DNA of 51,920 nucleotides, filler included, from Catajapyx aquilonaris (lineage: Eukaryota), in assembly GCA_000934665.2 (NCBI GenBank). It is 2 parts of 2 records of this genome, joined end to end, with 100 filler letters (N's around TTAATTAATTAA, not from the genome) between each part and the next. Parts side by side here need not be neighbours in the genome. Positions count along the whole stretch, not along the records: positions 1 to 25,805 come from JYFJ02005297.1; 1 more part is not named here. One strand, 5' to 3'. The notes below the pieces were generated by a model. It was not told where the DNA came from. It saw only the letters and a program-made list of their open reading frames with translations, and made no database searches. The position numbers were made by a program, and so were the translations under genes. Positions 11,446 through 24,316 of the stretch are shown in pieces. Position 1 is the stretch's first letter; each line of letters starts with the position of its first letter.

Positions 11446-11614
11446 TACACCAAGGGTGTTTGGTAGATTACAATTCTTGGTATGTGATGTAAGCTCACCA
11501 CAGCAGCCATGCTGCACTTGGAAGCATGCTTTCATCCAGACAGGCATCCTCTTAAAGAGGAGCAGAACTGTCCAGACTCTATTGGGCTCTTGCCCCGTTC
11601 TGTTCTCGTTGCAG

Positions 11615-11712
11615 CCCTCCCGCATGGGCCTATTCCACACTACGGCCCTCCTCCCATGGCCTTCCAAGGACATCCAATGCTGGCTCCGATGATGCCTCCA
11701 CGTTTCAGATGA
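11615..11712 (+). CDS. ZNF207: ZNF207/BuGZ terminal coding exon (ALPHGPIPHYGPPPMAFQGHPMLAPMMPPRFR*)
   Basis: Acceptor ttctgttctcgttgcag; G+CC = Ala keeps the frame; TGA at 11710-11712. Confidence 0.88.
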
Positions 11713-11737
11713 TGAGTGCAGTTCATCTAGACGTCAC

Positions 11738-11774
11738 CAGTCAGCCAGCCAGTCAGTCAGCCAGCCAGCCAGCC
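11738..11774 (+). repeat. (AGCC/AGTC)n microsatellite just after the ZNF207 stop codon
   Basis: Visible tandem tetramers. Confidence 0.85.
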
Positions 11775-14700
11775 CGCCCATCAGCCCACTTGAAGATTGT
11801 GTTTGCTAATGGGATGCTAATGGGATGAGGGAAACCTTATCCCAGTCAGTAGGTACCTTGTTTACTTGGTTCCTTATTTCCATTCCCCTTCCCTTCTACT
11901 CACACGTATGCCAGATCCCCACCTATACCACCCATGCACATCACCCCACTTGTATATCCCAGGGTTTTGGTGACTGATTCTGACATGGATTTAGTGTGTA
12001 GGTATAGTGTGCATATTGTTGGTGGACAAGAGAGGATATGACTTCTATCAGGGCTGCTTCATAATGGCTACTGTTATCTTTTTTTGATATTAATCTGTAT
12101 TTTGTGTAGGGGCTGTGCATCAAGGTAAGAGAAAATATTTAGAGGGGGATATGATGGATCACCTGGACACATGTCAGTAGCCTTTTTTGAGATTATTTGG
12201 ATTTTTATGAGGAACATTTTAATATAGGGTGTTGACATTATTGCCACTGGAAGTGCTTCACACTTAGTGTGGGCCATTGGCAGGTCTGCTGTCTGCCTAC
12301 CTCTCACATTGTTGTGATATCGAGCCCAAAATCACTGAATAAAGTGATATTTCAGAATGAGAAATATGACTGCAGGAATTGTGATACCAGAGTAGAATTG
12401 GTATAAGGGCAAACAGTCCATTCTGAATTTTGTCAAACAATTATACTTGAAAACTTCGAAACTTTGAAACCTTTGAAACCTTTTTTGTTAATATATTTTT
12501 GATAATTGTTTGCAAATGACATAGTTGCTACCAGAAGTCATGAAGATCTCTCTCTTGGGCTAGTTTGTCTTGGACGCACTTCTAGGGTTGGTGGGAAAGT
12601 GAGAAAAGGAAGGTGGATTTGAGGCAGAGCAATTCCTTTGAAAATGATATGCACATGTCTTGTTGTAGTTGCCAGGTGAAGAAAAAATATGAATTTAAAT
12701 AATACAGGGAGAGACTCCCTAACTCCCATTAGTTGTGCAGAACTGAAATTTGGTATCAGCTATTTGCTGATTAATCGCTAGAGGGCTTTCATGTGTCATC
12801 TTCTGTTGTCTCTTCTTCACCCACTGCCTTTTTGTAGAATTATTTATGTAATTTTTTTGTCAACTTTTCAATACAAGGAGACTTACGATCTTTCAGTAAT
12901 TCAATCATATAAAGTGAAGCCTTGCTTACTGCCCATCATAATGTAATACTAGTGACTCAGCATTTTCATTAGATTGACGCTAGATTCATTTTTAGTAGGA
13001 TGGTAATGCCTAGCAGGCTGGGTTTCCCCTCCTAAAGCCCTTGACAAGAAGGTGGACCCTGAACGATTCCTTTGCTTTTTGTTAGGTTGGTGACTGCAAC
13101 CAGGTGGTCCATCATATCCCATTGCCCCAACATTTAGAATAAGTTAGCAACATCAGTTGGCGTCCTTTATAATTGTTTATATTGTATTAAAACATAACAG
13201 TGGCAAAATGTAATTCACTGAAGAAGGGTAACGAGAGACCGTCATGGTTTAGGTAAGCTTTTTGTCACCTCAAAGAGTAAGTACACTGCAGGAGTACAGT
13301 GAGTAATGCAGGATGTGTAAATGGAGCCAGAAGTATAATTAGTGATACTAGACCTTTTAAAACCCATAAACTCAATAGCCATCTCATTTTCCCTGCTTTG
13401 TAAAACAATTTGATTATTTTTTTTATCCATTGGATTGATTTTACCCAAGATTTTACCACTGCAAGCAGCAAGGGTTGGGTTATCTATCAGGTTTTGGTAG
13501 CCTTTGGACCTTGCAGATGATGATGATGATGATGATGATGGAGTTTATTCTGTAATTGGCTGAACTGGTAATCTTGGTGGTTGAATTTGACAGTTCCGAA
13601 TTATGAACCATTGTCATACAGCCATCAAGAGGATGCAGGCATAACCCTTCCTCAAAAGAATTGACTCATATTGGAAAAAACATCATACACTAGTCAAAAA
13701 GCATGTTTCTTTAATGGCATGGGCACACGTTTTCACGCCTTCACGAAACATGCATTAGGACAGTGAACAGACATGTCTTCTTCAAGGTGGCGGAATTTCT
13801 TTTAAGTTAAGTTGGGGTAGTAAAAGAATCACACACACATAGGAAGTCTGCCCTCTCAAACCTGGTATCCTGTTGACTAGGGTTCAGCAAGCCACTGGAG
13901 CACTCCATCCTTTTCTGAAGGCATCCCACTGAGGTATTAAACATCTGATATGATAACAACACAGTTGCAAGCAAATGACCTCATGGGCTATTTTTATCAT
14001 TCAACTGAAAGCTATCAGCAGTGAGTAACCATGGAGGCTGATAGGAAAGCTTATTGGAGCATCCCCAATAGCATGTTGCTAATAGATGTATCAGGGCATT
14101 ACCGAAAAAAGGAAATCAGGAAATCGTTTTGTTTTTTTTTCATCTACTAATTCTCTATTAGCGGACTACGTCTTTCAGATGGGATTTTCACATAAGCTCT
14201 TTGGTTTACATGGTGACTGCTGTTGACAGCAGCTAATGTTAGCAGAAGGACAAATAGATCACATCCAATATTTTGTTGAGGGAATTAAGAAGGGATTATG
14301 GCTTTCTCTCAAGGTCTGCGCTTATATTTCTCACTTCATTTGACATTCTGGATATCTTTTCCATTGCTGTATATAACTATAATAAATGGTATGCACAAAC
14401 CTGGGCACTCCAAAGGTGTGGTCGTGAAGTGAAGCAGAGTTGCAGCCATTGCAATGATGAGAGGGTCTAAGAGATGAGAGAGCTAAGTCTTGTGTGGCCT
14501 TGGGGGTGTCCAAAGATTGCTTTTGTGCATTGAAATCACTTGTAATTACTGTGAAGGGTTTCCTATGCACAGTGTCATCTTGTTGTCTGTCACCTGTTGC
14601 AAGTTTGAGTTTGTGGGGGAAATTACAGTGTCGTTAAGGGGCATGGAAAAATGATGGTATTATCCCATTTGGCATTTAGCTTACAGAAATTGCCCGGAGT

Positions 14701-15385
14701 AATGTGCTGCAGTTAAATTGGCCAGGAACAGAATTTTCTGATTATATGCAGTAGGCTTTACCAAATTATATATTATGTAAAGGGGTGGTTGAAAGAGTCT
14801 GACTGTGAGTGCTTACCAGTAACATTATAGTTATTTAACTACAACAGTTGTAAGCAGGGTAATGTAATCCACTTGGATAGACTTCATTGTGTCAGCATAG
14901 TGAGTTGGAAGCAGGGGTACTGTGACATGTAATGCAAATACATTGTGCAAAATTGTGAGCATGGAATGATTTCACCACCAGATGTACAGTCTAAAAGTTC
15001 TAAGTGACCTGAGAACGAGGGTCTTCAGTGCACCAGGAAAGAAATGCACTTAGCTTTTGAATGATTGGTTGTGACAGCACCTTTTTTTCTTTTCACTGTC
15101 ACTGTCCATACTTAACTCTGTAACCATATCTGCTTTCCAAAGAAAAAAATCCTTATCTGCAAAACTGGTATGGTCAAGGGTCACATGCAGGCCCTGCATC
15201 CATCCGCCCTGGTCCAGGGTGCAGATAATACTTTTTTTTCTTGGGACGGAAGATATGTTACTTGTACAATGGTGGAAATTAATGGAGAAGAACAAGTATT
15301 TTCCATGTTCCTATGAAGCTTCTTCATGTAAAGGTAAAATTCCGCCAGGAGGCGATACTTGTGCTTCTCCTTTAATTTCCACCAC

Positions 15386-15641
15386 TGTACAGTCGCCAGT
15401 ACAATTGGTGTACTAGGCCTGAATCAGGGTTATCCGGCTTGCTAAGGCCAAGCAAGCCGTGGAAATGATGCTCTGCCCACCTTCCACCTGATCACGCACC
15501 TGATTGTGGGCCTGATCCATGCCCTGCACTACAGCATCCTCACTTCCAAGACTGTTTGGACTTGGCAAGGTGGTGGCATTTGCCTACCCTTCTGGATAAT
15601 CCTGTTTCAGGCCTGGTATCCTATTGCACTGGTGATGTACA
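15386..15641. mobile_element. Old, diverged MITE-like inverted repeat
   Basis: About 50-bp imperfect inverted ends (TGTACAGTCGCCAGT…/…ACTGGTGATGTACA). Confidence 0.6.
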
Positions 15642-17303
15642 TTACCTGAAAATTACCTAAAAAACTAATCTAGGAAAACCGTGGAACAGCATGACAGGCA
15701 TATTGGAACCAAATGTTACTAAAAGACATGACATTTTTGAATTGCACATGAAGGCTGAGCCTCTACCATCCTTTTTCCACCCGACTTTTACCAAGCTTTA
15801 GAGGCAAGCAGCCTGCACCAAAGCATGGCTCTGTGTTATTGAGAGATGATGCACTGTTGTACTATACAACCCTTCACTCTTGAAGGTAAGTCAATGTTAT
15901 CAGCATTGGGTTTTGTGAATTTCATCTCCACATGCTTGCTTCCATGGGGTGACAAGTTTTCCCATTTTTTTGGCCGATACCAAGCATTCCATGTAACCCC
16001 TTTAATGTATTGTCATGATAAAATCTCATGGTAGTGATGCATTCTGACACTCCTCCACTCTTATACTTTTTTTTAACATGATGTTGGAATAAAAGATGGA
16101 AATAATAGAAGATGTACCAACTCGTGGAATTGTTTCTTTTACTGGGGGTGACACATGCTGTTGCCTGCAAGGTAAGCACCCTCCTGTAAGTAGGCAGTGC
16201 ACATGGATCACTTGGTGAACAAATGAGGCAAGCTCGGAACAGGTGTCAGCGTTGTTGAACAGCATGGTGGTGGTTGCATGACACTGTGTGTCGCAGCATC
16301 CCAGTTTTGACGGGCTGCTGTTGGGCTCCAAGGAAGGAGCCCCCAGCTCCTCTCTCTCTCTTTTCCACACTGGCCAAAGGGAGAAGAGGAGCTTGGCGAT
16401 GTTATCTCTGGGCATTTACCTGCCCTTTCAGTCTTATCACACATCTGGGCACGCACCTGGGAGAAATGAAAGCAAAATAGAGAGGAAGGGCATTGCTTGT
16501 AATGTTGGTTTAGTTTGTGGCATTGGGAGTCGGGTGGGAGGGGGGTGGTCACGTCAAGGTAGGCACCATGCTCCAAAGGGCAGGTTTTTTTGGTACAGAA
16601 TTTGAGGACTGCACAAGAAGGTAAAATGTTGTGATTGCTTCCGTGGCTCATTAGCAAAACACTGCAGTTGTCTTGTCCTCTTTCAACACTGGCATCGTGC
16701 GTTGTGAGCATGACACTTTTGGAAGGAGACCAGAAATTTGACATGCATCTCGGTATGACAGTTTGGACTTGTGGTGACAGCAGAAGGCATAACACGTGGC
16801 CTTGACTTGTAATACCTTAGACATAGGAGGGATGTAGGGTGACCAAATAGTTCTGGTGTGATGAGTGCATCAGTGAACTAGTTCACATGTGACATTTTAG
16901 ATTAAAAAGAACACAGCACTACTGGATTTTCAAATGGCAACAATATTCTGTTCTTCCGCAGGGTAGCACCTTGCCTTTCTCTTCATATGAATTACCTGTG
17001 CGACAAGGAGTTTGGAGGCGGGCAGTGAGTCCTTGTTTTGTTTTGCCCCATTCATACCTACTGATAATATTTTGACCAGTTTTCCTGAAAAGGAAGCATT
17101 CACAGCACTTGCTGTGCTGTTGGACCTCTCCCGGTCCCCAACTCTGCCCTTTTCTGTGGATATACTGCTGGTACGCATTTCCCATCCAAATGCAATTGGT
17201 CACTGTCAAGCACAGTGCTACATTCCCAGAGATTGGCTGGCTGCAGCATACCAGGCAGTACCACAGAATTGTGGAAGGAGTTTGGTGAAACATTATTATA
17301 GAT

Positions 17304-17467
17304 CAGCGTTTCTCAACCGGGGTTCCGCGAGAATAGTGGTAATAGGCTAATCATATGTAAATGTACCCTTGGATCATTAATTGGTACGTAATTTTTACGT
17401 ATGGGTTTCCTGAGACATGAGTATGATTTAAAGGGTTCCCCAAGGGTAAAAAGGTTGAGAAACGCTG
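17304..17467. mobile_element. hAT (Charlie/Buster-like) MITE
   Basis: TIR CAGCGTTTCTCAACC; perfect 8-bp TSD TTATAGAT at 17296 and 17468. Confidence 0.9.
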
Positions 17468-17944
17468 TTATAGATAGTCCTGATTCACAGCACTTGGTTG
17501 CTGTTGGACCATGATGGTCCCCAACTCTCTCTCACTTTTTGGACAGAGGGTTTGGTGAAATGGATGACTATTCTGCTCCTGCTACTGCTGTTGCTACTTG
17601 CTTATGTTATTTTCTTTTCCTCCTGTCTTTTCTCATCTTCTTAAGTGGTTTCCAGTAGCAGGTAGTGGATTTCATTTTTACCATTTTTACTACTTTATTT
17701 GCTTTCATACAGAAGAGCGTTTTTGAATGTCATTGTACGAGGTATAGCTGACTTTGAGAGTAGATACTTTATTGGCCATATTTCTACAGTACTAATGTCA
17801 CCATTGCAAGAAAGGAACCGACCTACTGGAATCATGCGGAAAAGAAAACATTACAACTGCGAGACATACATTACAGTATGTACCTATTGTAGTTATGAAT
17901 TTTTTTGTTGCCTTCGTGACAAGCAGCTTCAATTTTATCAAATA

Positions 17945-18161
17945 CTGTTGGACAAGGTGAGATTGTGCCAGCTGGGGTGAGATTGTGCCAGCGCATTTTT
18001 GCCAGCAGGCATCAAGTAGCGAATTTAGGCTTGTTTCACTACATTGGGGGATGGTCAAGGTTGGCAATGATGAGTAAAATTCGTGGTAGGGCGCACTGTT
18101 GTCCAAAAAATGCACTGGCACAATCTAACCCCACCTGGCACAATCTCACCTTGTTTGACTG
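17945..18161. mobile_element. MITE with duplicated subterminal motif GGTGAGATTGTGCCAG
   Basis: Inverted ends flanked by TA. Confidence 0.7.
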
Positions 18162-19244
18162 TAGCTTTTGACGTGAGTAATTTTTACAGTTTTTATTGGA
18201 TGACATTGTTTTGTACTAGTGCATTAACTGCAAATAAAACAATTATTTGTTACAAATAATTTGATTATTTCCCTCAGATTAATGGCGAGTGGTTACTTGA
18301 AATGGGTATGATAAACAGCGTGCTACATGTTTGTTGCATTTGGCTGTCTGACGGGGAATTGATGTCATGGATGGATATCAAGCAATGAACAAATCAGACT
18401 TCAGCTTCTCATAATTTTCTGGTTAAATTGACTTCATTTTCACACAATCCTGCCATAAGAAAATTGTGCATGCATGAAACCTGAAAATGATTGTCTGCGA
18501 TGATAGGACTAGCCTTGGCCAAGAACTAAGGAGTTGTTTTTCAGCTTCAACCTGGAGGACCACTTCAGCATAGGTTCTGTGACCTGCCACATGACTGGCC
18601 ATCAGCATGACTTCGGAATGTCCCAATTTCAGCACTTATTAGGGCCTGCCATGGAGGGGGATCAAACCTAAGTCAAAAAATGACCTCAGCTGCTACTTTG
18701 AGATCGGACATGCAACAGATTACCTATTTGGTAAGAGTAGGGCAGTAGGGGAGAGGTCAGAAGGTGGCCGGAAGTGATGAATATGTGTTGGTGTGGGGGG
18801 GGGGGGCACATTTCGCAGGATTAAGATACGGAGGGCCAATTAAATCCACTTTTTTCACCAAATAAAATATCTGTACTTATTGTGCCATTGTACCATATCG
18901 CAAAAGATGCTAAATATTGCTTGAAGGTGCGAAAAAAGTCAAAATACATTTGGGGGCAAAATGCCCCAACGTCACGACCTGAGGGTTAAAGGCCATTAAA
19001 AGAGCTTCCGAAATTATGCAACACATTTTGATTCACTTTGGTGGTTCAGAAGTTACGGGCATACATTCAAACCCCTGACAGCATAAAATGAGTGAAAAAT
19101 TGCAACTTAGGTACCCTGGAATTTCACAACCATGTGTCAGAGAAATAAAAACTGTTTCTTACAACGACTAGTAGGGTACTACAAACTTCTGAATTTTGGT
19201 CAACATCGGAAAAGGTTTGTCAGAAGGTGGTCTCAGTTGACGTG

Positions 19245-20051
19245 GAACCTTTTCTTTCAAACCTGGCAACTAAATAGCTCGCCTCCTGTGTGAGTCTTGA
19301 CTGGTATTGACATGTTGTTTTAAATGATCTGAGGGACCAAACATCTTCACACAAATATGACAAGTAAATGGCTTCTCTCCTGTGTGCACTACCATCATAT
19401 GCTTTTCCAATTCTGAAGACCTAGTAAACTCATTCTCGCAAACAACACAACGCCTTAATTTCCTTCCTCTGTGCCACCCAGGGGCCACCTCATACGGGCC
19501 ATCGAAGCAGGTGATGTTTAAAATTGAAGACCTATAGTAAAAAAAGGTAGTAGAGTGCCAAAAATGCGAAAATAGCGATATGCAGTAAAAACAGAAGTAA
19601 ATGCCAAGGGCAATATTGTAAAATAGGCATCAAGTGCCAGAAGCAACCCGTAGTAGTTTTTCTTGCAGTCAATAGAATATTATTTCATATGTCACCTCAT
19701 ATATAGTGATGCCATGAGAAAGACATCATTTTCCGCATTATCCCAAAATGGCACTTAGGCCTACTACCTTCAATTCCCTATTGCAACTTGGGCAACAAAA
19801 TGGCTGCCCTCCAGAATTCTTGCAGATGTGTGCCTTCATATGAGGTGCCAAATCAAATGTGGTACTAATTGGCATTAACGTGGTTTGCTTCTGACGCCAG
19901 CCCCGTAATGTATGTCCAGTTCGATAACATCCTTCACATTTCTTGCCCTCCTCTTCTGCCCAGCCCCCTGACACAGCCCACCTACATGTTTGGTGACGGT
20001 AGGTTAATAACTGTGTCCTGGCCAGACGGTTGGCTGGCAAGTCAATCTGCC
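19245..20051 (-). pseudogene. Decayed C2H2 zinc-finger gene
   Basis: Reads CVVC…F…L..HMMVVH-TGEKPF-TCHIC…LKQHV. A 10-nt insertion (gtcaatacca) shifts frame into KTHTGGELFSCQV*KKRF, where Cys has become TGA. Upstream remnant HMKAH…GGQPFCCPSC; acceptor-like tttttggcatccacccgtag near 20052. Confidence 0.75.
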
Positions 20052-20183
20052 TACGGGTGGATGCCAAAAAAAAACAAAATATGCCGAAAAATAAGTACGG
20101 TACTGCTCGGTACTGCTAGCTATCTTTAGTCATGTCTAAATGAAATAAATAGTACACTTACAATTCAATGTACATTGAATACA

Positions 20184-20370
20184 CCCAGGTAGCAAGTTAT
20201 ATTGGGCCAATATTGGCTAAATATTGGCTTTATTGGCACCACATTGGCCCTATTGCCACTATCTAGCCAATATAGTGGATTATCGGCGCTACATTGGCAA
20301 TATTGCCACTATTTAGCCAATATAGTGGATATATCGGCGCCACATTGGCAATATTGGGTGCAATGTGGGC
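20184..20370 (+). mobile_element. CACTA/EnSpm-like end (CCCAGGTAGCA) with a subterminal tandem repeat of about 49 bp
   Basis: Repeated ATTGCCACTAT..AGCCAATATAGTGGAT units; no partner end found. Confidence 0.5.
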
Positions 20371-21222
20371 GGATGTGGGGCAGCTTCACGCGTCCAGATG
20401 GCGCTGCCTGTCGGTGTACCGTTGCAAGTCTTCTCCGATTTATCCCACAACAATGCGAATTAATTTTGGCCATGACACGTGTGCAAAAGTGGCAGGATAC
20501 TCCACTGCATGCGGCTCATTTACTCCCGAGGTACTTCATTGTGACATTAATTTGCTCGAGTCATTCGATGGCAATGCTGTTTGTTGCGAGAGTTGGATCG
20601 AGCAGTTAACTGCTCGAGGCTTAGTGGCTGCCAATATCATTAATGGTTGTATGAGGCCCGTCTGGTTCGCCAGCGACGGTACTCTCTTCCTCGAGCGGTC
20701 CTCGGACCTGACTCGCATTTCTTGGTTGGACGGGGTGTTTGGGAGAATATCCCACCCCCGTCCCTGGGTTGGACCCGGCATTGCAGTACAGCCGGGGCCA
20801 GCCCTCCTCTCCCCCACCCTTCTCACCCACCCCTACCTTGCAATCCCACACCTTCCTCTCCTACCCCCGGCTGCCAAGGCTCGACTCAGACAGAGCCATA
20901 CAAGCTGGGTAACCCTTCCTACCAACCAACCAACNACATCATCCTCATCCTACCCAGCCCCACCGGCTAAGGAGGGTCAATAACACTCCTGGCCCCTGGC
21001 TGCCAAGGCTCAATACGAAAGAGCCATACAAGCCAGGCATTTCCCTAAAAACCAACCAACCAAGGCTGCTTCGGGCTGCTTCCTTCTGGGCATGGTTCCT
21101 GGAAAGAAGAGAGTACACGTCACTAAAAGTGCAATTTATGTCCAACAGTACATCAACAAAGGGTTCCTGGACCAATATTACAAACTTTTAGACTTTTTCT
21201 CTTGAAAAAAAAGTCTTCTAGA

Positions 21223-22694
21223 ATGCCTAGTGTCAATTGACACTGCGCACCTTGGCTGAAAATGCAGTACAAGCCTGCAAAAGAAGCAGGGGCCAAAATG
21301 AAGATGAGATTGTCGGCGAATATGTGTGTAGCATCCCAAACCTTTTTGCAAATGATTACGTGGCGTAGCTGTTCTGAGGCTGTGTTCAATGTTGGAGGAA
21401 GACTTCAACATTGCTAGTGCTTTTCATGACAAGTGCACTAAGATTATGAGGAATGGTCATCTTTCACTCTCAGCAAATTGGTATTGCCGGTTGATTTCCA
21501 GTCTCCATGTCATGAGCGATTTACAAGTGCTTCATGACGTCAGCAATGATGACGAATCAATTGACATTGACAGATTTCTTCCATTCCCCAAGCTGAACAA
21601 GCTGGTGTCAATTCAAATTCCCCGAACGTTTTGCCACCATCTCGTGACAACAATAGTGGAAAACTGTCCACTTCTGGAAAAGATTGATAGTGGCCAAATT
21701 AATGTATATTGATGTCTGGCAAAACCGGATTTTTCTGACCTAGGCATTTGCAACCATCTGATAAAAATCAGAACCACTCCATTGATCAATTCCAACTGTG
21801 GAATAGTCCTCCTGGAGAAACTTCCCAGATTAGAAATATTGGAGTTGCATGATGTGCAGGATGTTCTCGCATTATGCGAACACCCTTACCTTTGTTTGAA
21901 GGACTTTTTCGCACCCCTTAATGCAAAAAAATCTGAAATTCTTGAAAAGATTGCAACCTACTTCCCAAACCTGGATAGTCTGAACCTAAAATTGAATGGA
22001 GTTGCAGATTTAAGTCCAGTAAACAAATTTACCAACCTCAAGAGTTTACAGCTTAAACTCGGTTCAGCTTCCAGCCTACTCTGCTTGTTGGACAATTGCA
22101 TGAATCAGCTGTCCAGCTTGACTTTGTCTTTTGGGTGGACTCGATTCCATATTTATTCCGGAAAAAAATGTATCCTTCCCACAAATACACTGCCTTGTAT
22201 TATATCCATGCAGTGGAGTCAACTTGGCAGCCATTGGGGAGATTTTCCCGAGCCTAAAATCTTTTGAGGCTCAAGTTAACGACTTCACCCAATTGCATCA
22301 GTACCCAACTCCTCGTGCTTTTCAAGAGATAGAAAGTTTTGTTGTGTATAACACCATGCCGCAAAAGTATGTCAGACATATTATATCCAGTAATCAGTTG
22401 AGGAACCTCCACTTGAAGAACGGTGCAGCAACTGTTTCATATGGATACAACAGATTTTTTCAAGATATAACACTGGAAGCTTTGCAAACACTGAGAGTTG
22501 ATGATGACTTGATGACAAGGGAAGTCATTCCAGTGATTTTGGGGTTAAGTTCTCCTTGTTTAAAATATGTGTTGTTGATTGGCAAACGTCTCATTCTCTC
22601 AAAGAGACAATGTGAAGTATTGTGGAACCAGTTAAAATCATATGACATGAGTTTGGTCATTCGTGGTTCACGGACAAAGTTCAAATATGTATAG
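21223..22694 (+). pseudogene. Disrupted single-exon leucine-rich-repeat gene with an N-terminal BC-box-like motif
   Basis: MP[fs]CQLTLRTLAENAV start. LRR-like units: NCPLLEKID, KLPRLEILEL, YFPNLDSLNL, FTNLKSLQL, IFPSLKSF, LEALQTLRV. Stops at 21366, 21375 and 21710; frameshifts near 21230, 21385 and 22130. Confidence 0.75.
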
Positions 22695-23122
22695 GATAAT
22701 TAATAAGTCCCCAGAGTGACCTAGCCGATGTGGGGTCCTGGACATATTGATTTTGTTATAATCATTATTCCAAATTAAGCAGGTGGCAATATGTCATGCA
22801 GCAGCACCCCAGGCAGGATTTTTTCAGATGCCTAATGTAAGATAAGTTATGTCACAGTGCAATTCCCATGCAAGACCAGAAAAAAAACCTGTTAACTGTG
22901 TAAAATGTGTTTGAATTCATCTCAAACTTTGCTAAGGAGAAAATAATGTAAGAGTGGGTCCCGTTTTTCAGCATATTGTAATGGAAATGTAATGACTGTT
23001 GCAGTGATTTCATGGTCATGAATTTATTCTTTTAAATTTTTAGTTTAGCTCTCATGTAGGCTAATATGACGTGGGCACTTTTTGTAACCAATGCCAATAG
23101 TTTTGCTATAACATTGAAAATA

Positions 23123-23834
23123 CAGGGTCATCGAAAAAGAATGTCCCAATTTTAAAACCCTATAACTTGGAAACTTGTAGACATATCTGAATGATTTAAG
23201 TTTTGAAATGCTAAGAAAGGTCTAAAGATTTGGTTTCACCTTAGTTTGTTTCAATATGATCCATGTGTCGCTCGGCAGATAAAAAAGGCGGTAGTGGGTG
23301 TTGTGCCAAGCCCTATCAATCATATCTGGAGTTACCGTTGCAATCCTATCCTTAGGTAATGAATATCTTGGGTCTTTACGCACATTCCTCTTGATGATTC
23401 ACATAAAAAGTAGCCTCATCCATGAACCAAACTGCCGTAGGAAAGTTTAATTTGTTCAGCCTCCCAGTGTGCGAAGTCTTGAAGGAGAAGTTTTGCCATG
23501 CTTATCCCCTCCAGAAGCCCAGAAATTAACCCCGATTGACTTTTTTGATGTGGAGACACATGTATGGTGAAAAGATCCGGCATCACCAGCACCTATGGAA
23601 TAGGATCACAATGGTAGCAGCCGACATGCGACATGCCTGAGCTGGTTTGGCACAACACCTATTACCGTATTTAAATTTTTCGAGCGACAAATGGAGCTCA
23701 TATCAAAACAAATTATGGTAAGGCCAAAACATTAGACACTTCTGAGCATTTCAAAACTAAAATAATTAAGATATGACCACAAGTTTTCGAGTGATAGAGT
23801 TTTCAAATTGGGACATTCTTTTTCGATGACCCTA
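23123..23834. mobile_element. Tc1/mariner-derived MITE (family of 9466-10172)
   Basis: Same TIR, flanked by TA; opposite orientation. Confidence 0.8.
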
Positions 23835-23968
23835 TATATAGCACCTACGAGATTCACATTTGAGAACATCTTCCTTGGATTCCATCCGCGATTAATGGCG
23901 TTTAGTTTAAATTTTTTGAGCAAATAGCATGAACAGGAAAAAATAAATTATGCACTGATGCTTATATG

Positions 23969-24316
23969 AGGCGCATTCACACGAGCGACCTTCGGCCAGG
24001 AAGTTTCCTGGCCTAAGGTCGCCAAGCCCGTTCACACGCTAGTGGCCAGGTTCGGCCAGGAAGGGAAGGTCGCAACCCGAGCCAGGAAAAGGTGGCTGAG
24101 CTGGCCATGCTCCGGAAGATGGCTAGCCATGCCAGTGATGGTTGCCAGGAGTAACGCATGCGCAGTAGCGGCACTCCCAAGCGCCTCCCGATGCTCACTT
24201 GTCCCCCGACAACGTCGCTCGTGTGAACTGTTACTTTCGATTCCTGGCCAGCCGCTGGCCACGTTTCCGTATTGGCCAGGAATTCCTGGCCAAGGGTCGC
24301 TCGTGTGAATGAGCCT
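23969..24316. mobile_element. PIF/Harbinger-like MITE
   Basis: TIR AGGC(G/T)CATTCACACGAGCGACC; internal GGCCAGG repeats; ends resemble those of 47897-48121. Confidence 0.7.

Larger units (their letters stand above)
11713..18250 (+). other. Putative long 3' UTR of ZNF207 with candidate poly(A) signals at 12338-12343 and 18233-18238
   Basis: Two AATAAA hexamers; T/GT-rich sequence with far fewer young MITEs than the introns. The extent is inferred. Confidence 0.45.

Noticed and set aside
16026..17350. Overlapping ORFs of 100-195 aa
   Set aside because: No motifs or exon structure; they lie in the putative 3' UTR.
20294..20983. 229-aa ORF
   Set aside because: It runs through a tandem repeat and C-rich low-complexity DNA, has a non-ATG start and shows no recognisable motif.
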